DNA of 64,000 nt, filler included, from an uncultured bacterium (lineage in GTDB: Bacteria; DAOPZR01): assembly GCA_964637655.1 (NCBI GenBank). It is 11 parts of 11 records of this genome, joined end to end, with 100 filler letters (N's around TTAATTAATTAA, not from the genome) between each part and the next. Parts side by side here need not be neighbours in the genome. Positions count along the whole stretch, not along the records: positions 6,137 to 11,985 come from CAZWUZ010000238.1; positions 12,086 to 17,921 come from CAZWUZ010000239.1; positions 18,022 to 23,850 come from CAZWUZ010000240.1; 8 more parts are not named here. One strand, 5' to 3'. A model generated the notes under the pieces. That model searched no databases and was not told the DNA's origin. It saw only the letters and a program-made list of their open reading frames with translations. A program made the position numbers and the translations under genes. This document shows positions 10,249 through 18,866 of the stretch, in pieces (within the stretch, counting starts at the first letter, position 1; every line of letters starts with the position of its first letter).

Positions 10249-10321
10249 ACTGCGTTTCTCCCCTGATGCTTACCGGCGGGAAAATAACAGAACGGGCGCG
10301 GACTGTCAACTGCTGCGGTCT

Positions 10322-10819
10322 TCAGCCGCGCAGCCGGCAGAGCGCATAGAGGAGGAGCACCGCTCCGGCAAGCAGCATGCCGGTCCCGATGCCCTGCTGC
10401 CAGCCGATATACCGGTCCATCCGCGCATAGTACGGATGCTGCCAGTTGTGTTCATCCCCGGGCCGGTCAGCGGCAGCGGTGCCGCGCAGCGTCAGCAGCG
10501 TGGCATCCTCAAGCACCACCTCCAGCTGCAGCACTTCTTTACCCGTCCAGCAGGCACGATAGGTGATTCCTTCGATTGCCGCCGGCTGCTCCACGGGATA
10601 GCCGGTTATGGCAATGGTCGCCGGCTGCGTATCGAGCAGTATGCCGGTGTCTGCCTGCAGGTTGCTGAACAGTTCTTCCGCCCGCAGGTGCTCATGTCCG
10701 ACCTTGCTCTTCTGCACGCCGCCGATGAGCGGATAGGCCGTAAAAGAAACCAGCAACCCAAGACCGATGAGCACCATGCCGCCGAGCAACTGCACGAACG
10801 CGCGGGTGCTCTTCTGCAT
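10322..10819 (-). CDS. Hypothetical membrane protein (N- and C-terminal TM helices)
   Basis: Hydrophobic termini; directly downstream of the MalY/PatB gene. Confidence 0.7.
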   Translation of the reverse strand: MQKSTRAFVQLLGGMVLIGLGLLVSFTAYPLIGGVQKSKVGHEHLRAEELFSNLQADTGILLDTQPATIAITGYPVEQPAAIEGITYRACWTGKEVLQLEVVLEDATLLTLRGTAAADRPGDEHNWQHPYYARMDRYIGWQQGIGTGMLLAGAVLLLYALCRLRG

Positions 10820-10830
10820 GTGCGTATCGC

Positions 10831-11985
10831 CTACCGCCTGCGCAGCGCGCGCACAATACGTCGCAGCCCCTGCGCCAGCGTCTTCCGCGGACAGGCGATA
10901 TTGATACGCTGGAAACCAGCACCCGTCTGCTCCCCGAACATCCGCCCGTCATTCAGCGCCACCTTCGCCCCGAAACAGAGCAGCTGATGCAGTTCTGCCG
11001 GGGGGAAGCCCAACGCGCGGAAATCGAGCCAGACGAGATATGTCGCCTCAGGTTCCATCACCGTGACCTGCGGCAAATGCTGCGCCAGATAGTCATGCAG
11101 GAACCGGTAATTCGCCTCGATATACTGCATCACCGCTTGCAGCCACGGACCGCCGTGCCGGTACGCTTCTACCGCCGCGATCCCCGCAAAGATGTTCGCG
11201 CCCTCGATGCCGCCGCGCTCCAGTTGCCCGTCCAGTCGCTCGCGCAGTGACGCGTTGTGCACCACGATATGCGCCAGTTGCAGGCCAGCGAGATTGAACG
11301 TCTTGCACGGTGCCAGCAGCACAAGGCAGTTATCGCGACACGTCTTAGACACCGTCGGGAACGGAATATGCCGGTGGCCGCTGAAGGTCAGGTTGCAATG
11401 AATCTCGTCGGAAACCACCAGCACCTTATGCCGCGCGCAGATATCGCCAACGCGTTGCAGTTCCGCCTTAGTCCAGACCCGCCCCCCCGGGTTGTGCGGG
11501 CTGCAGAGGACCAGCATCTTCGTCCGCTGGTCACGCGCCTTCTTTTCCAGGTCGGCGAAGTCCATCCGGTATTTGCCGCCCGCAAGCACCAGTTCATTTT
11601 CCAGCAGCACGCGCCCGTTGTCGCGCACGCTGTCGTAGAACGGCTTGTAGACCGGGGTCTGTATGATGATTTTGTCGCCCGGCTTCGTGAAGGTCTGGAT
11701 CGCCTGCCGCAGCGCAAAGACCACACCGGGCGCATAGAGCAGTTCCTGCGGCCTGATGGTCCAGCCAAAGCGCTTCCGATACCAATCGAGCACCGGCTGA
11801 AAATACTCGCGGCGGTAGATGGTATACCCGTAGATCCCCTGCGCCGCGCGCTGCTCCAGCGCGCGCACCACCTGCGGCGGCGCCATGAAATCCATGTCCG
11901 CCACCCAGAGCGGCAGCATGTCGTCCGTCGGGAAACGCAAACTCATCCAGTCCCATTTCAGCGACTGGGTATGCTTCCGCCTGAT
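10831..11985 (-). CDS. patB: MalY/PatB-family PLP-dependent cystathionine beta-lyase, 5' end clipped
   Basis: SLKWD, LPLWVADMDF, LCSPHNPGGRVW, VSDEIH, KTFNLAGL, RINIACP. Confidence 0.9.
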   Translation of the reverse strand: MRRKHTQSLKWDWMSLRFPTDDMLPLWVADMDFMAPPQVVRALEQRAAQGIYGYTIYRREYFQPVLDWYRKRFGWTIRPQELLYAPGVVFALRQAIQTFTKPGDKIIIQTPVYKPFYDSVRDNGRVLLENELVLAGGKYRMDFADLEKKARDQRTKMLVLCSPHNPGGRVWTKAELQRVGDICARHKVLVVSDEIHCNLTFSGHRHIPFPTVSKTCRDNCLVLLAPCKTFNLAGLQLAHIVVHNASLRERLDGQLERGGIEGANIFAGIAAVEAYRHGGPWLQAVMQYIEANYRFLHDYLAQHLPQVTVMEPEATYLVWLDFRALGFPPAELHQLLCFGAKVALNDGRMFGEQTGAGFQRINIACPRKTLAQGLRRIVRALRRR

Positions 11986-12085
11986 NNNNNNNNNNNNNNN
12001 NNNNNNNNNNNNNNNNNNNNNNNNNNNNNTTAATTAATTAANNNNNNNNNNNNNNNNNNNNNNNNNNNNNNNNNNNNNNNNNNNN

Positions 12086-12233
12086 CCTGCTCGTTTAAAA
12101 GCTTAACTATCTCGCCCGCTCCCGAGCCGCTTTGAGCATCCTGCATGAGCTCCTCATTGTGCCCGTAGCAAAGATATACGTCCATTGGCGGGGTGTAGCC
12201 CTCGCTGATGAGCTTTTCGACCGCCTCGAGGAC
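12086..12233 (-). other. Foreign M20-peptidase-like gene fragment; probable chimeric contig end
   Basis: Reads VLEAVEKLISEGYTPPMDVYLCYGHNEE...GAGEIVKLL; lower GC; abruptly replaces the flavin reductase 3' half. Confidence 0.65.
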
Positions 12234-12523
12234 CTGACGCTGCCGCAGCGCACCGCGAGGCGGGCCAGCGCCTCGTTGACGCTATGCACGGCAAATACCC
12301 CGGTGGCGCGGATATTCGCCGCGGTCAGCGACGCCGGGTCGATGACCAGGAGCAGGTGCGGCGGGTTGAAGTCATAGGGGGTACACCAGGCGCAGGTCAT
12401 CACGTCTGGCCCGCGCTTCCCGACGCTGGTCACCATGACCAGCGGATTGCTCCCGAACAGCCGGTAGGCCTGCGCCAGCGGCACGCTGCGGCGCGCGTCC
12501 CGCGCGGGGCGGCGCGCCGCCAT
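12234..12523 (-). CDS. Flavin reductase-like protein (flavoredoxin family), N-terminal part only
   Basis: AYRL...PLVMVTS, DVMTCAWCTP, TAANIRATGVFAV, CGSV. Confidence 0.8.
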
Positions 12524-12524
12524 C

Positions 12525-14576
12525 TCAGTAGTTGGCGTGCGCGCTGCCGCCCGCGAAACCCAGTTCGAAGGTGTTGTTGAGCCGGTCCTTCAGCTGCACG
12601 AACTCGCAGGTGATCTCCGCGTCGACATCGGCGGCATTGATCTCCGTGATGGCGCAGTAGCCGCCCTCGCTCGCGTCGTAAGGGAGCATCAGGCGGTAGC
12701 GGCGGTCGGTCGAACTGTAGAAGTCGGCGAACGCCTGCCCGGCAAGCCCGATACCCGCATCCTCGGCGCGGATGACCGCCTTGAGCTGCCCGTCACCACC
12801 CTCGCGCACCGGCGGATAGGTGGTGATGCTGATGGTCCCCAGCAGACGCGGCGCGGCCTGGTCACGCACCACCATGGTCTGGCATTCGCGCATCCCCAGC
12901 GCCGTCGGCACCGAGAAGGTCAGCCGGTTTTCACCCTCCAGCGCCAGCGGCACCAGGATGACCGACGAGTTCGCCGTTACCGTCTGCCCGCCCGCGAGCA
13001 CGCGCCCGCCCGCCACCGGCATCGTCACCGGCATCTGCGCCACGGTCGTTATCAGGCGGTTGCCATCGGCAATGTAGCGCGGCGTTTCGCCCGGCGCATG
13101 CACCGCGCGCAGCCACTGGCTGCGGTTGCCCGCCCCGTCCACCGCCTCGACCAGCAGCACCGTCACGCCTGCCGTCAGGTCGAGCGACGCGCTGAAGCCG
13201 CCATCGCTGGTCATCTGCGCCATCACGCCGTTGACGGTGACGCTCACCCCCGGTTCCGTCCGCCCCGTCACTTCGAGCGGGCCCGCGCTGAGCATGGTCC
13301 CCGCCGGGCGGGTCACCGCCAGCGGCGGTGCCGTGCGGTCCTCGCGCCACGCCAGCGGCGCCCCCGGGAGGCCGTAGAGGCCGTCCGCGGTCTGCGTGCT
13401 CAAGCGCAGCCAGTAATCGCCTTCCGCCAGGTCGCCCATATCGAAACTCTCGCCGACGCGGAACCGCTCGCTCAGCAGCAGCACGCTGCAATCGCGGTCA
13501 CGTGCCACTTCCAGCCGCAGCATGGACGCATCCGCGCCCGCACGGTAGCCGAGGTCGCTGCCGCCGCCGAGGGCGACCAGCGTCGCGGCCACCGGCAGGG
13601 CCACCGGGACGCCCGGCGTTTCACCGGGGCGCAGCACAAGGCCGAAACCGGCCGGCACGTTCACCGCGCCGTCCGCCGCCAGCACGCGGATGCTCCCCTG
13701 CCACGCGCTCACCGCCATGCGGCCGTGGCGCACGTGCACCGCCGCCGCGCTCCCCTGCAGCTGCGCGCTGGCGCCCGCCCCGTCAACCTGCCAGGTGCCG
13801 TTGGCGCTGTTGAGCGACCATTCCGTCGTCCCGGCAAACAATTCGCTGTGATACACGCCTTCACCCGCCATCGTCACGCGCGTCTGCAGCAGGCGCAGCC
13901 GCGCCGCCTCGCCGACACTCACCGACGAGCCGTCACTGAACGTCAGCCGCACGCGCCCCTCGGGCCCGGTCAGCACTTCGCCCCCCTCGCTCACCTGCAT
14001 GCCGGGACGCAGCAGCACCGGTTCACGTCCGGCCAGCTGGTGGAAGCATTCGCCCACCACCGACGCCACGCTCAGCGGCGCCGGCACCATCACCGCGGGA
14101 TGCGCCGCGACCGGCGCCCCGTAGGCGCGCCGCGCGCGTTCCGCCAGCCCGTAGGCCAGCCCGAAATTATCGTCGGCAAATGCCGCCAGGGCGCTGTTCA
14201 GCAGGTCGTCACCTTCGGCTGCCGCACCATGCGCTGCCCGTGCCGCCTGCGCGGCGCGGATGGACGCCTCGGCCCGCGCCCGGTCAGCCACCGGGATGAT
14301 GATGCGCTGCCCGGGATAAATCAGGTGGGGATTGGCGATGCGGTTGTACTTGAGCAGCAGCCGCCACTGGCGCGCGTTATGCAGAAACCGCCCGGCGATG
14401 CCCGAAAGCGTGTCCCCGGGGCGCACGACGTATTCCTGAAAGCCGCCCTCCTCGATAAGTGCGGCCTGCATCCCCGCCAGCGCCGGACGTACCTGTCGCG
14501 CCGCCAGCGGCCACGCCGCCGCCAGCACCAGCGCCATGGCCAGCATGATGAGCATCGTGCGATTCCAACCGTCCAT
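12525..14576 (-). CDS. Secreted LysM + FecR + Ig-like domain protein
   Basis: Signal/TM segment; LysM (YVVRPGDTLSGIA...NPHLIYPGQRI); FecR-like (VLTGPEGRVRLTFSDGS); DRTAPPL...VTGRTEPGVSVTVNG Ig repeat; GGAGG RBS. Confidence 0.85.
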   Translation of the reverse strand: MDGWNRTMLIMLAMALVLAAAWPLAARQVRPALAGMQAALIEEGGFQEYVVRPGDTLSGIAGRFLHNARQWRLLLKYNRIANPHLIYPGQRIIIPVADRARAEASIRAAQAARAAHGAAAEGDDLLNSALAAFADDNFGLAYGLAERARRAYGAPVAAHPAVMVPAPLSVASVVGECFHQLAGREPVLLRPGMQVSEGGEVLTGPEGRVRLTFSDGSSVSVGEAARLRLLQTRVTMAGEGVYHSELFAGTTEWSLNSANGTWQVDGAGASAQLQGSAAAVHVRHGRMAVSAWQGSIRVLAADGAVNVPAGFGLVLRPGETPGVPVALPVAATLVALGGGSDLGYRAGADASMLRLEVARDRDCSVLLLSERFRVGESFDMGDLAEGDYWLRLSTQTADGLYGLPGAPLAWREDRTAPPLAVTRPAGTMLSAGPLEVTGRTEPGVSVTVNGVMAQMTSDGGFSASLDLTAGVTVLLVEAVDGAGNRSQWLRAVHAPGETPRYIADGNRLITTVAQMPVTMPVAGGRVLAGGQTVTANSSVILVPLALEGENRLTFSVPTALGMRECQTMVVRDQAAPRLLGTISITTYPPVREGGDGQLKAVIRAEDAGIGLAGQAFADFYSSTDRRYRLMLPYDASEGGYCAITEINAADVDAEITCEFVQLKDRLNNTFELGFAGGSAHANY

Positions 14577-14646
14577 CGTTCCATCCTCCGTGTCCGGAAG
14601 CAGTTTTTCACGCATCAGTACAGTGTAACTTGCCGCCGCGCGCCGG

Positions 14647-15405
14647 TCAACCGGCCGCCGGCACTTCCGCCTCGTCCGCCAGCGGCGCCCCGAGCGCCGC
14701 GAGGCGGTGCCGCGCCTCAATGTACCACAACTGGGTTTCACCCTCCGCCGGCTTCTCCACCTGGCGGTAGAACTCGATGGCCTTCTCCTTGTTGTTCAGG
14801 CCCGCGTCATAGATCGAGGCGAGCTGGTAGGCGAGGTAGGGCTTGAGGAATGCCGCCTCCGGGCGCGCGCGCAGTTCCTCGTACACCGCGATCGCCTCGT
14901 CGTACTTGCGCATGTCCTGCAACTGCCCGGCCAGCGCGTAGCGCACGATGTCCGCGTCCGGCTGGTCGCCGAATTCCTTGAGGAAGGCGCGGTAGGCGGT
15001 TGCCGCCGCCTCCGTCTGCCCCAGTTCCGCGCTGACGAACCCGAGCGTTTTCAGCGCCTCGGGATGGCTCGCCGTGCCGCTCCAGTCGCGGGCGATTTCC
15101 TCGAACTTCACCCGCGCATCCTGCAGTCGTGCAGCGCGCGTCGTCTCGTCCTGCGCGTAGAGTCCCTGCCGCGCGTAATACTTTCCCTCGCTCAGCAGGC
15201 CCGCCGCCTTGCTGTCGCGGAAGTCGCGGTAGTAGAGCAGTCCGGGCACCGCCAGCGCCAGCACCAGCACGCCGATGATGATGGCAAGCGCGGTTTCCCG
15301 CCGCTCCTGCCAGAAACGCTGCACCCACACGTAGCCCTGGTCCACCACCTCGCGCAGTTCATCGTGCTTGAGGTCGTCCTTGCGGATCTTCACTTTCGTC
15401 GCCAT
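14647..15405 (-). CDS. Membrane-anchored TPR protein (YfgM-like)
   Basis: KIRKDDLKHDE N-terminus, one TM helix, then TPR-like helices. Confidence 0.85.
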   Translation of the reverse strand: MATKVKIRKDDLKHDELREVVDQGYVWVQRFWQERRETALAIIIGVLVLALAVPGLLYYRDFRDSKAAGLLSEGKYYARQGLYAQDETTRAARLQDARVKFEEIARDWSGTASHPEALKTLGFVSAELGQTEAAATAYRAFLKEFGDQPDADIVRYALAGQLQDMRKYDEAIAVYEELRARPEAAFLKPYLAYQLASIYDAGLNNKEKAIEFYRQVEKPAEGETQLWYIEARHRLAALGAPLADEAEVPAAG

Positions 15406-15417
15406 CGTCGCTGCTCC

Positions 15418-16155
15418 TTAGAAATCGTGGCCGATGCGGAAGGCCGTTCCGTAATCGTACCCGTCGCTGGTCAGCCCGAGCCGCAGCCCCAGGCCGACGG
15501 AAAAATCGTCTTTCGGTTCCCAGATGAGGCCGGGGACCGCGTAGGCGTCGCTGTAATCGCCCTTCGTTCCCTGCAGTTCGAGCACCGCGCGCAGTTTCGT
15601 CGAGAGTTGCGGCAGCGGTGTGCTCAGCGCCACACCCCAGATAAACAGGTTGTCGTAATTGCTGTTGCCCTGGAAGCGGTAGCCGAGATGCGCGTTGCCC
15701 GTCCAGTCGCCGAACGTGCGCATGGCCGTGCCGAACAGCTCGAACCCCGCCTTGTCCGTCCCCGTGCCGCGTCCCTGGTCACCCGTCGGCAGGATGAGCG
15801 CGAGCCCGCCGACCAGCGCCGGCCCCTCGTAGTTCTCCTCGCGGAACTTGTATTTCTGGTAGAAACGCAGGTCGCCGAGCCCCGACTGGTTGTTCGAAAA
15901 GACCAGATAGGGAAGGTCCGCCCCCACCTCGAAGTTGTGCATGACGCCGTAGGCGACCCGGTAGGTCAGTTCCGTGCGGTCGGCGCGGCCGCGATCGCTG
16001 TTCTCGAACCGGTCGACGCTCTGCCGCAGGTACCACTGCTGCAGTCGCGCGAAGTTCGTCTCCTCGCTGATCAACGCGTCGTTGGTACGCGCCAACGCCG
16101 GCAGCGCCAGGCAGAGCGTCAGCAGCAGCGCCGCCGCGCCGCGCGCCGTCGTCAC
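15418..16155 (-). CDS. Putative outer-membrane beta-barrel (transporter-like)
   Basis: Signal peptide, SGLGDL and LPTG motifs, amphipathic strands, C-terminal Phe. Confidence 0.75.
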   Translation of the reverse strand: MTTARGAAALLLTLCLALPALARTNDALISEETNFARLQQWYLRQSVDRFENSDRGRADRTELTYRVAYGVMHNFEVGADLPYLVFSNNQSGLGDLRFYQKYKFREENYEGPALVGGLALILPTGDQGRGTGTDKAGFELFGTAMRTFGDWTGNAHLGYRFQGNSNYDNLFIWGVALSTPLPQLSTKLRAVLELQGTKGDYSDAYAVPGLIWEPKDDFSVGLGLRLGLTSDGYDYGTAFRIGHDF

Positions 16156-16844
16156 TGTTCGCGCTCCCAGCGCGCCAGCAGGCGCGCCGCCAGCTTGGCG
16201 TTGTCCGCCGCGACGCGACGCACCGCCGCCTCGCTCAGGCCCGCCCCGCGCAGCACCGCGTAGGCGCGCTCGCGCGTCAGCAGGTCGGCCGGCGCGTGCG
16301 TGTCGCTGTCGACGACGAGCATCGCGCCCGCCGCCTGCCCCAGCTGCGCCACCAGCCCGTTGCCGAGCGAATGCCCGCCGCGCGCCGTCAGTTCCAGCGC
16401 GATGCCGCGCCGCGCCGCGAGTTTCGCCTCCGCCGCGGTCAGCAGCCCGGGATGCGCGAGAATGTCGATGTCCGCCGCCAGCGCCGCCGCGTTGGTGCCG
16501 CGCTCCACCGGTTCCACCGGCGGCTCGCCGTGCACGATGATCAGCGTCGCTCCCGCCGCGCGGCAGGCCGCCGCCAGATCGGTAAGATGCTCGGGGGGCA
16601 CATGCGTCAGTTCCACCCCGGGAATGACTTTCACCGCCGCGCGCCGCCGGTGGTTGAACGCCGCCGCCGTCTCGCGCGCCGCCAGCACCACCTCGGCGAA
16701 ATTCGAGGCGTCGGCGTGGTCGGTCAGCCCGAGCACCGCGTAGCCGCGTGCGCGCGCGCGCGCCACCTGCTCCGCCGGAAGCAGCACCCCGTCGCTGTGC
16801 AGCGTGTGCGTATGAAAGTCGATCAGCCCGTCGCGAAAAATCAC
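16152..16844 (-). CDS. PHP-domain phosphoesterase (histidinol-phosphatase-like)
   Basis: DFHTHTLHSDG, LTDH, GVELTHVPP, VHGE..VEPV, LAHPG, VDSDTH. Confidence 0.9.
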   Translation of the reverse strand: MIFRDGLIDFHTHTLHSDGVLLPAEQVARARARGYAVLGLTDHADASNFAEVVLAARETAAAFNHRRRAAVKVIPGVELTHVPPEHLTDLAAACRAAGATLIIVHGEPPVEPVERGTNAAALAADIDILAHPGLLTAAEAKLAARRGIALELTARGGHSLGNGLVAQLGQAAGAMLVVDSDTHAPADLLTRERAYAVLRGAGLSEAAVRRVAADNAKLAARLLARWEREQ

Positions 16845-16865
16845 CCGGTACCCCTTCCTGTAAAC

Positions 16866-16942
16866 TGGTACGCCCGGCGCGAGTCGAACGCGCGACCCCA
16901 GGTTTAGGACACCTGTGCTCTATCCAGCTGAGCTACGGGCGC
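16866..16942 (-). tRNA. tRNA-Arg (anticodon CCT)
   Basis: Cloverleaf: GCGCCCG acceptor, D arm GCTC/GAGC, anticodon arm CAGGT-GTCCTAA-ACCTG, T arm GCGCG-TTCGACT-CGCGC, encoded CCA. Confidence 0.95.
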
Positions 16943-16980
16943 TTCATCCCGTCACCGCCCGCTGCCGGGCGGACACGCAC

Positions 16981-17024
16981 AAAAAAAAGGATTAGGCAGG
17001 CGCTGCAAGTCGCCTGCCTAATCC
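16981..17024 (-). terminator. Rho-independent terminator after the 6S-like RNA
   Basis: 14-bp perfect stem GGATTAGGCAGGCG/CGCCTGCCTAATCC followed by T8 on the minus strand. Confidence 0.9.
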
Positions 17025-17027
17025 GAC

Positions 17028-17153
17028 ACAGTCCCTTTCAGGTGGGCGCCCGAAAGAGGGTTGACCGGGCAGGGGTAGTTCGGAGGGAACTGTTTCCCGG
17101 TCTCTCATCTTATCGGAGGGCGCGCCCTGATACTTGAACGCGTGCCGGACCGC
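17028..17153 (-). ncRNA. ssrS: Putative compact 6S RNA
   Basis: Rod-like fold: GCGGTCC/GGACTGT closing stem, GGGCGC/GCGCCC stem, central bubble, GACCGGG/CCCGGTC apical stem. Carries a GCGCCCACCTG 3' motif like Firmicute 6S RNAs. Confidence 0.6.
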
Positions 17154-17160
17154 GCCGCGC

Positions 17161-17532
17161 TCAGTGCGCGGGCGCCGACTCCACGGCGCCGCTTTCCAGC
17201 GCCCTGGTCCAGTCGCGCAGGATGCCGGCGATCGTCGTCGCCTGCTGCGCGCTCGAAATGGTGAATTTGCTCCGCTGCACGTACGACCCGCCCACCTTCT
17301 GGTAGCGCCGGATTGAGATCTTCGGCTCGCGGTAGGTCGCGCTGCGCCGGTCATAATCCTGGTAGAGGAACATCACGGTCGACCAGCCGCCACGGCTCAG
17401 GATTTCCTTGCGCAACTCCTTGACGAGACAGACGTCACCCTCGCAGTACTCGATGGTGATATCTTCCGCCTTGCTGGCCACCCGCCGCCGTGCGCCGGCT
17501 GCGTCGTCAGCCCCCTCGTCCATCTCAGCCAT
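17161..17532 (-). CDS. Conserved hypothetical protein (ITIEY..KEL.KEILS.G.W.T..F.YQD...IRRYQK...SKF.ISS)
   Basis: GGAGG RBS and coding-like codon use; the pattern resembles a widespread uncharacterised family (recalled, not searched). Confidence 0.8.
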   Translation of the reverse strand: MAEMDEGADDAAGARRRVASKAEDITIEYCEGDVCLVKELRKEILSRGGWSTVMFLYQDYDRRSATYREPKISIRRYQKVGGSYVQRSKFTISSAQQATTIAGILRDWTRALESGAVESAPAH

Positions 17533-17622
17533 GATGATTCCTCCGACGGCGGACACTGCCGCTGTCGCGCCATCCCCCGTGTTCAGCAGGCGACCAGGCG
17601 CCCGCCTGCATCTGTTCCGGTG

Positions 17623-17724
17623 CTACTCAGCCCAGGGCCAGCGGCTCCAGTCCCACGAACAGCCCGTCAACAGCATCATTCCCGACACCAGCAGCGAATA
17701 CCACAGATACTTGAGCTTCTGCAT
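17623..17724 (-). CDS. 33-aa putative lipopeptide MQKLKYLWYSLLVSGMMLLTGCSWDWSRWPWAE (below the ORF-track cutoff)
   Basis: AAGGAGAG RBS; signal peptide II with LTGC lipobox; consensus promoter just upstream. Confidence 0.7.
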   Translation of the reverse strand: MQKLKYLWYSLLVSGMMLLTGCSWDWSRWPWAE

Positions 17725-17758
17725 GGTTCTCTCCTTGCCCGTTGGGCACTATTCGCTA

Positions 17759-17787
17759 ATTATATGATAGAAAAGATGTTTTGTCAA
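17759..17787 (-). promoter_or_regulatory. Consensus sigma70 promoter
   Basis: TTGACA (17787-17782), 17-nt spacer, TATAAT (17764-17759). Confidence 0.85.
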
Positions 17788-18024
17788 GCAACTTATAAGT
17801 TGCGCGGTATAAAGCAGGTGTCGTTCACCACCGCGAAACGCCCGTTTTCATACCGGGCTATCCGCCACAACTCGTTCTTTCGCATGGTTTTGTTCATTAT
17901 TGTATCGCCGTTTTCCGCCAGNNNNNNNNNNNNNNNNNNNNNNNNNNNNNNNNNNNNNNNNNNNNTTAATTAATTAANNNNNNNNNNNNNNNNNNNNNNN
18001 NNNNNNNNNNNNNNNNNNNNNAAC

Positions 18025-18182
18025 AGGGACGGAGACCCGGATCGTTACTAACTTCCGCCCTCACCCTGTCCTCTCCCGCTGCAGGCGGGAGAGGGTGGTC
18101 GCCTTCCCCCTCTCTGCGGGGAAGGCTGGATGAGGGTGCATGGCTACGGGAAAAGTTAGTAACAAACAGGGTCTCCGTCCCT
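18025..18182. repeat. Nested palindromic element: outer inverted repeats around a composite REP-like repeat
   Basis: AGGGACGGAGACCC/GGGTCTCCGTCCCT and GTTACTAACTT/AAGTTAGTAAC arms enclose CCCTCACCC..CTCTCCC..GGGAGAGGG..CCTTCCCC..GGGGAAGG.TGGATGAGGG. Confidence 0.8.
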
Positions 18183-18187
18183 CATTC

Positions 18188-18239
18188 TGTTACAAACATG
18201 GCCGCGGGGAATACTCCCCGCGGCCGTGGATGTAACAGG
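18188..18239. terminator. Long GC hairpin after the ECF operon
   Basis: GGCCGCGGGGA-ATAC-TCCCCGCGGCC core, extended by CTGTTACA/TGTAACAG. Confidence 0.6.
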
Positions 18240-18779
18240 TTAGCGGTTGTTGCTGTTGTTGTTGCTGTTGTTGTTGCTGTTGCCGTTGCCGCGGTCGTGA
18301 CGTGCGGTGCGATTGGTCATCCGCTCGAGGCGCTGGTCGATCTGCGCGGTGCGGTTGGCGGTGCGCTGGGCCAGCTTTTCCTTCATCTGGGTGAGACGCT
18401 GTTCGAGCTTGGCGACACGCAGCTCCATCAGTTTCGTCTGCAGGTCGTAGAGGCGCTCGAGCTTCGTGCGCAGTTCGGCCTTGAGGGCGGCGCGGTCGGC
18501 TTCGTCGGCATTGCGGTACTTCTGCGCCAGCTGCTTGATATCCTGCCGCAGGGTCCTGATCTCGTCGCGGATGGCCTGCACTTCGGGGTCCTGCTGGCGG
18601 TTCTGGCGGTTCTGCTGATTCTGCGCGCGCTGTTCGCGATTCTGCTGGTTCTGCTGCCCTTCGCGCGCGGCGGCCTTGACGGTGATGCCGTCGTCCGCTT
18701 TCTGCGCGACGGCGAGTGCCGGCACGGCGAGCGTGGCGGCGAGCAGCGCGATCACTGCCGACTGGATGAGGGTCTTCAT
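18240..18779 (-). CDS. Secreted coiled-coil protein (Spy/CpxP-like), Q/N-rich
   Basis: GGAGG RBS, signal peptide, helical heptads, NNNS repeats at the C-terminus. Confidence 0.8.
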   Translation of the reverse strand: MKTLIQSAVIALLAATLAVPALAVAQKADDGITVKAAAREGQQNQQNREQRAQNQQNRQNRQQDPEVQAIRDEIRTLRQDIKQLAQKYRNADEADRAALKAELRTKLERLYDLQTKLMELRVAKLEQRLTQMKEKLAQRTANRTAQIDQRLERMTNRTARHDRGNGNSNNNSNNNSNNR

Positions 18780-18866
18780 GGTTGATGCCTCCTGAGGGTT
18801 CCGCTTTCGCGGTTATTTGTCACTGTCCTTATGACCGGCAACAGAGAAAACGGTTGACACTATTTT

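Noticed and set aside
12537..14846. Long antisense or alternative-frame ORFs (also 14707-16263, 38413-40800, 43788-45662, 57289-58551 and others)
   Set aside because: These are shadow ORFs of real genes in high-GC DNA; they are Arg/Ala/Pro-rich and have no motifs.
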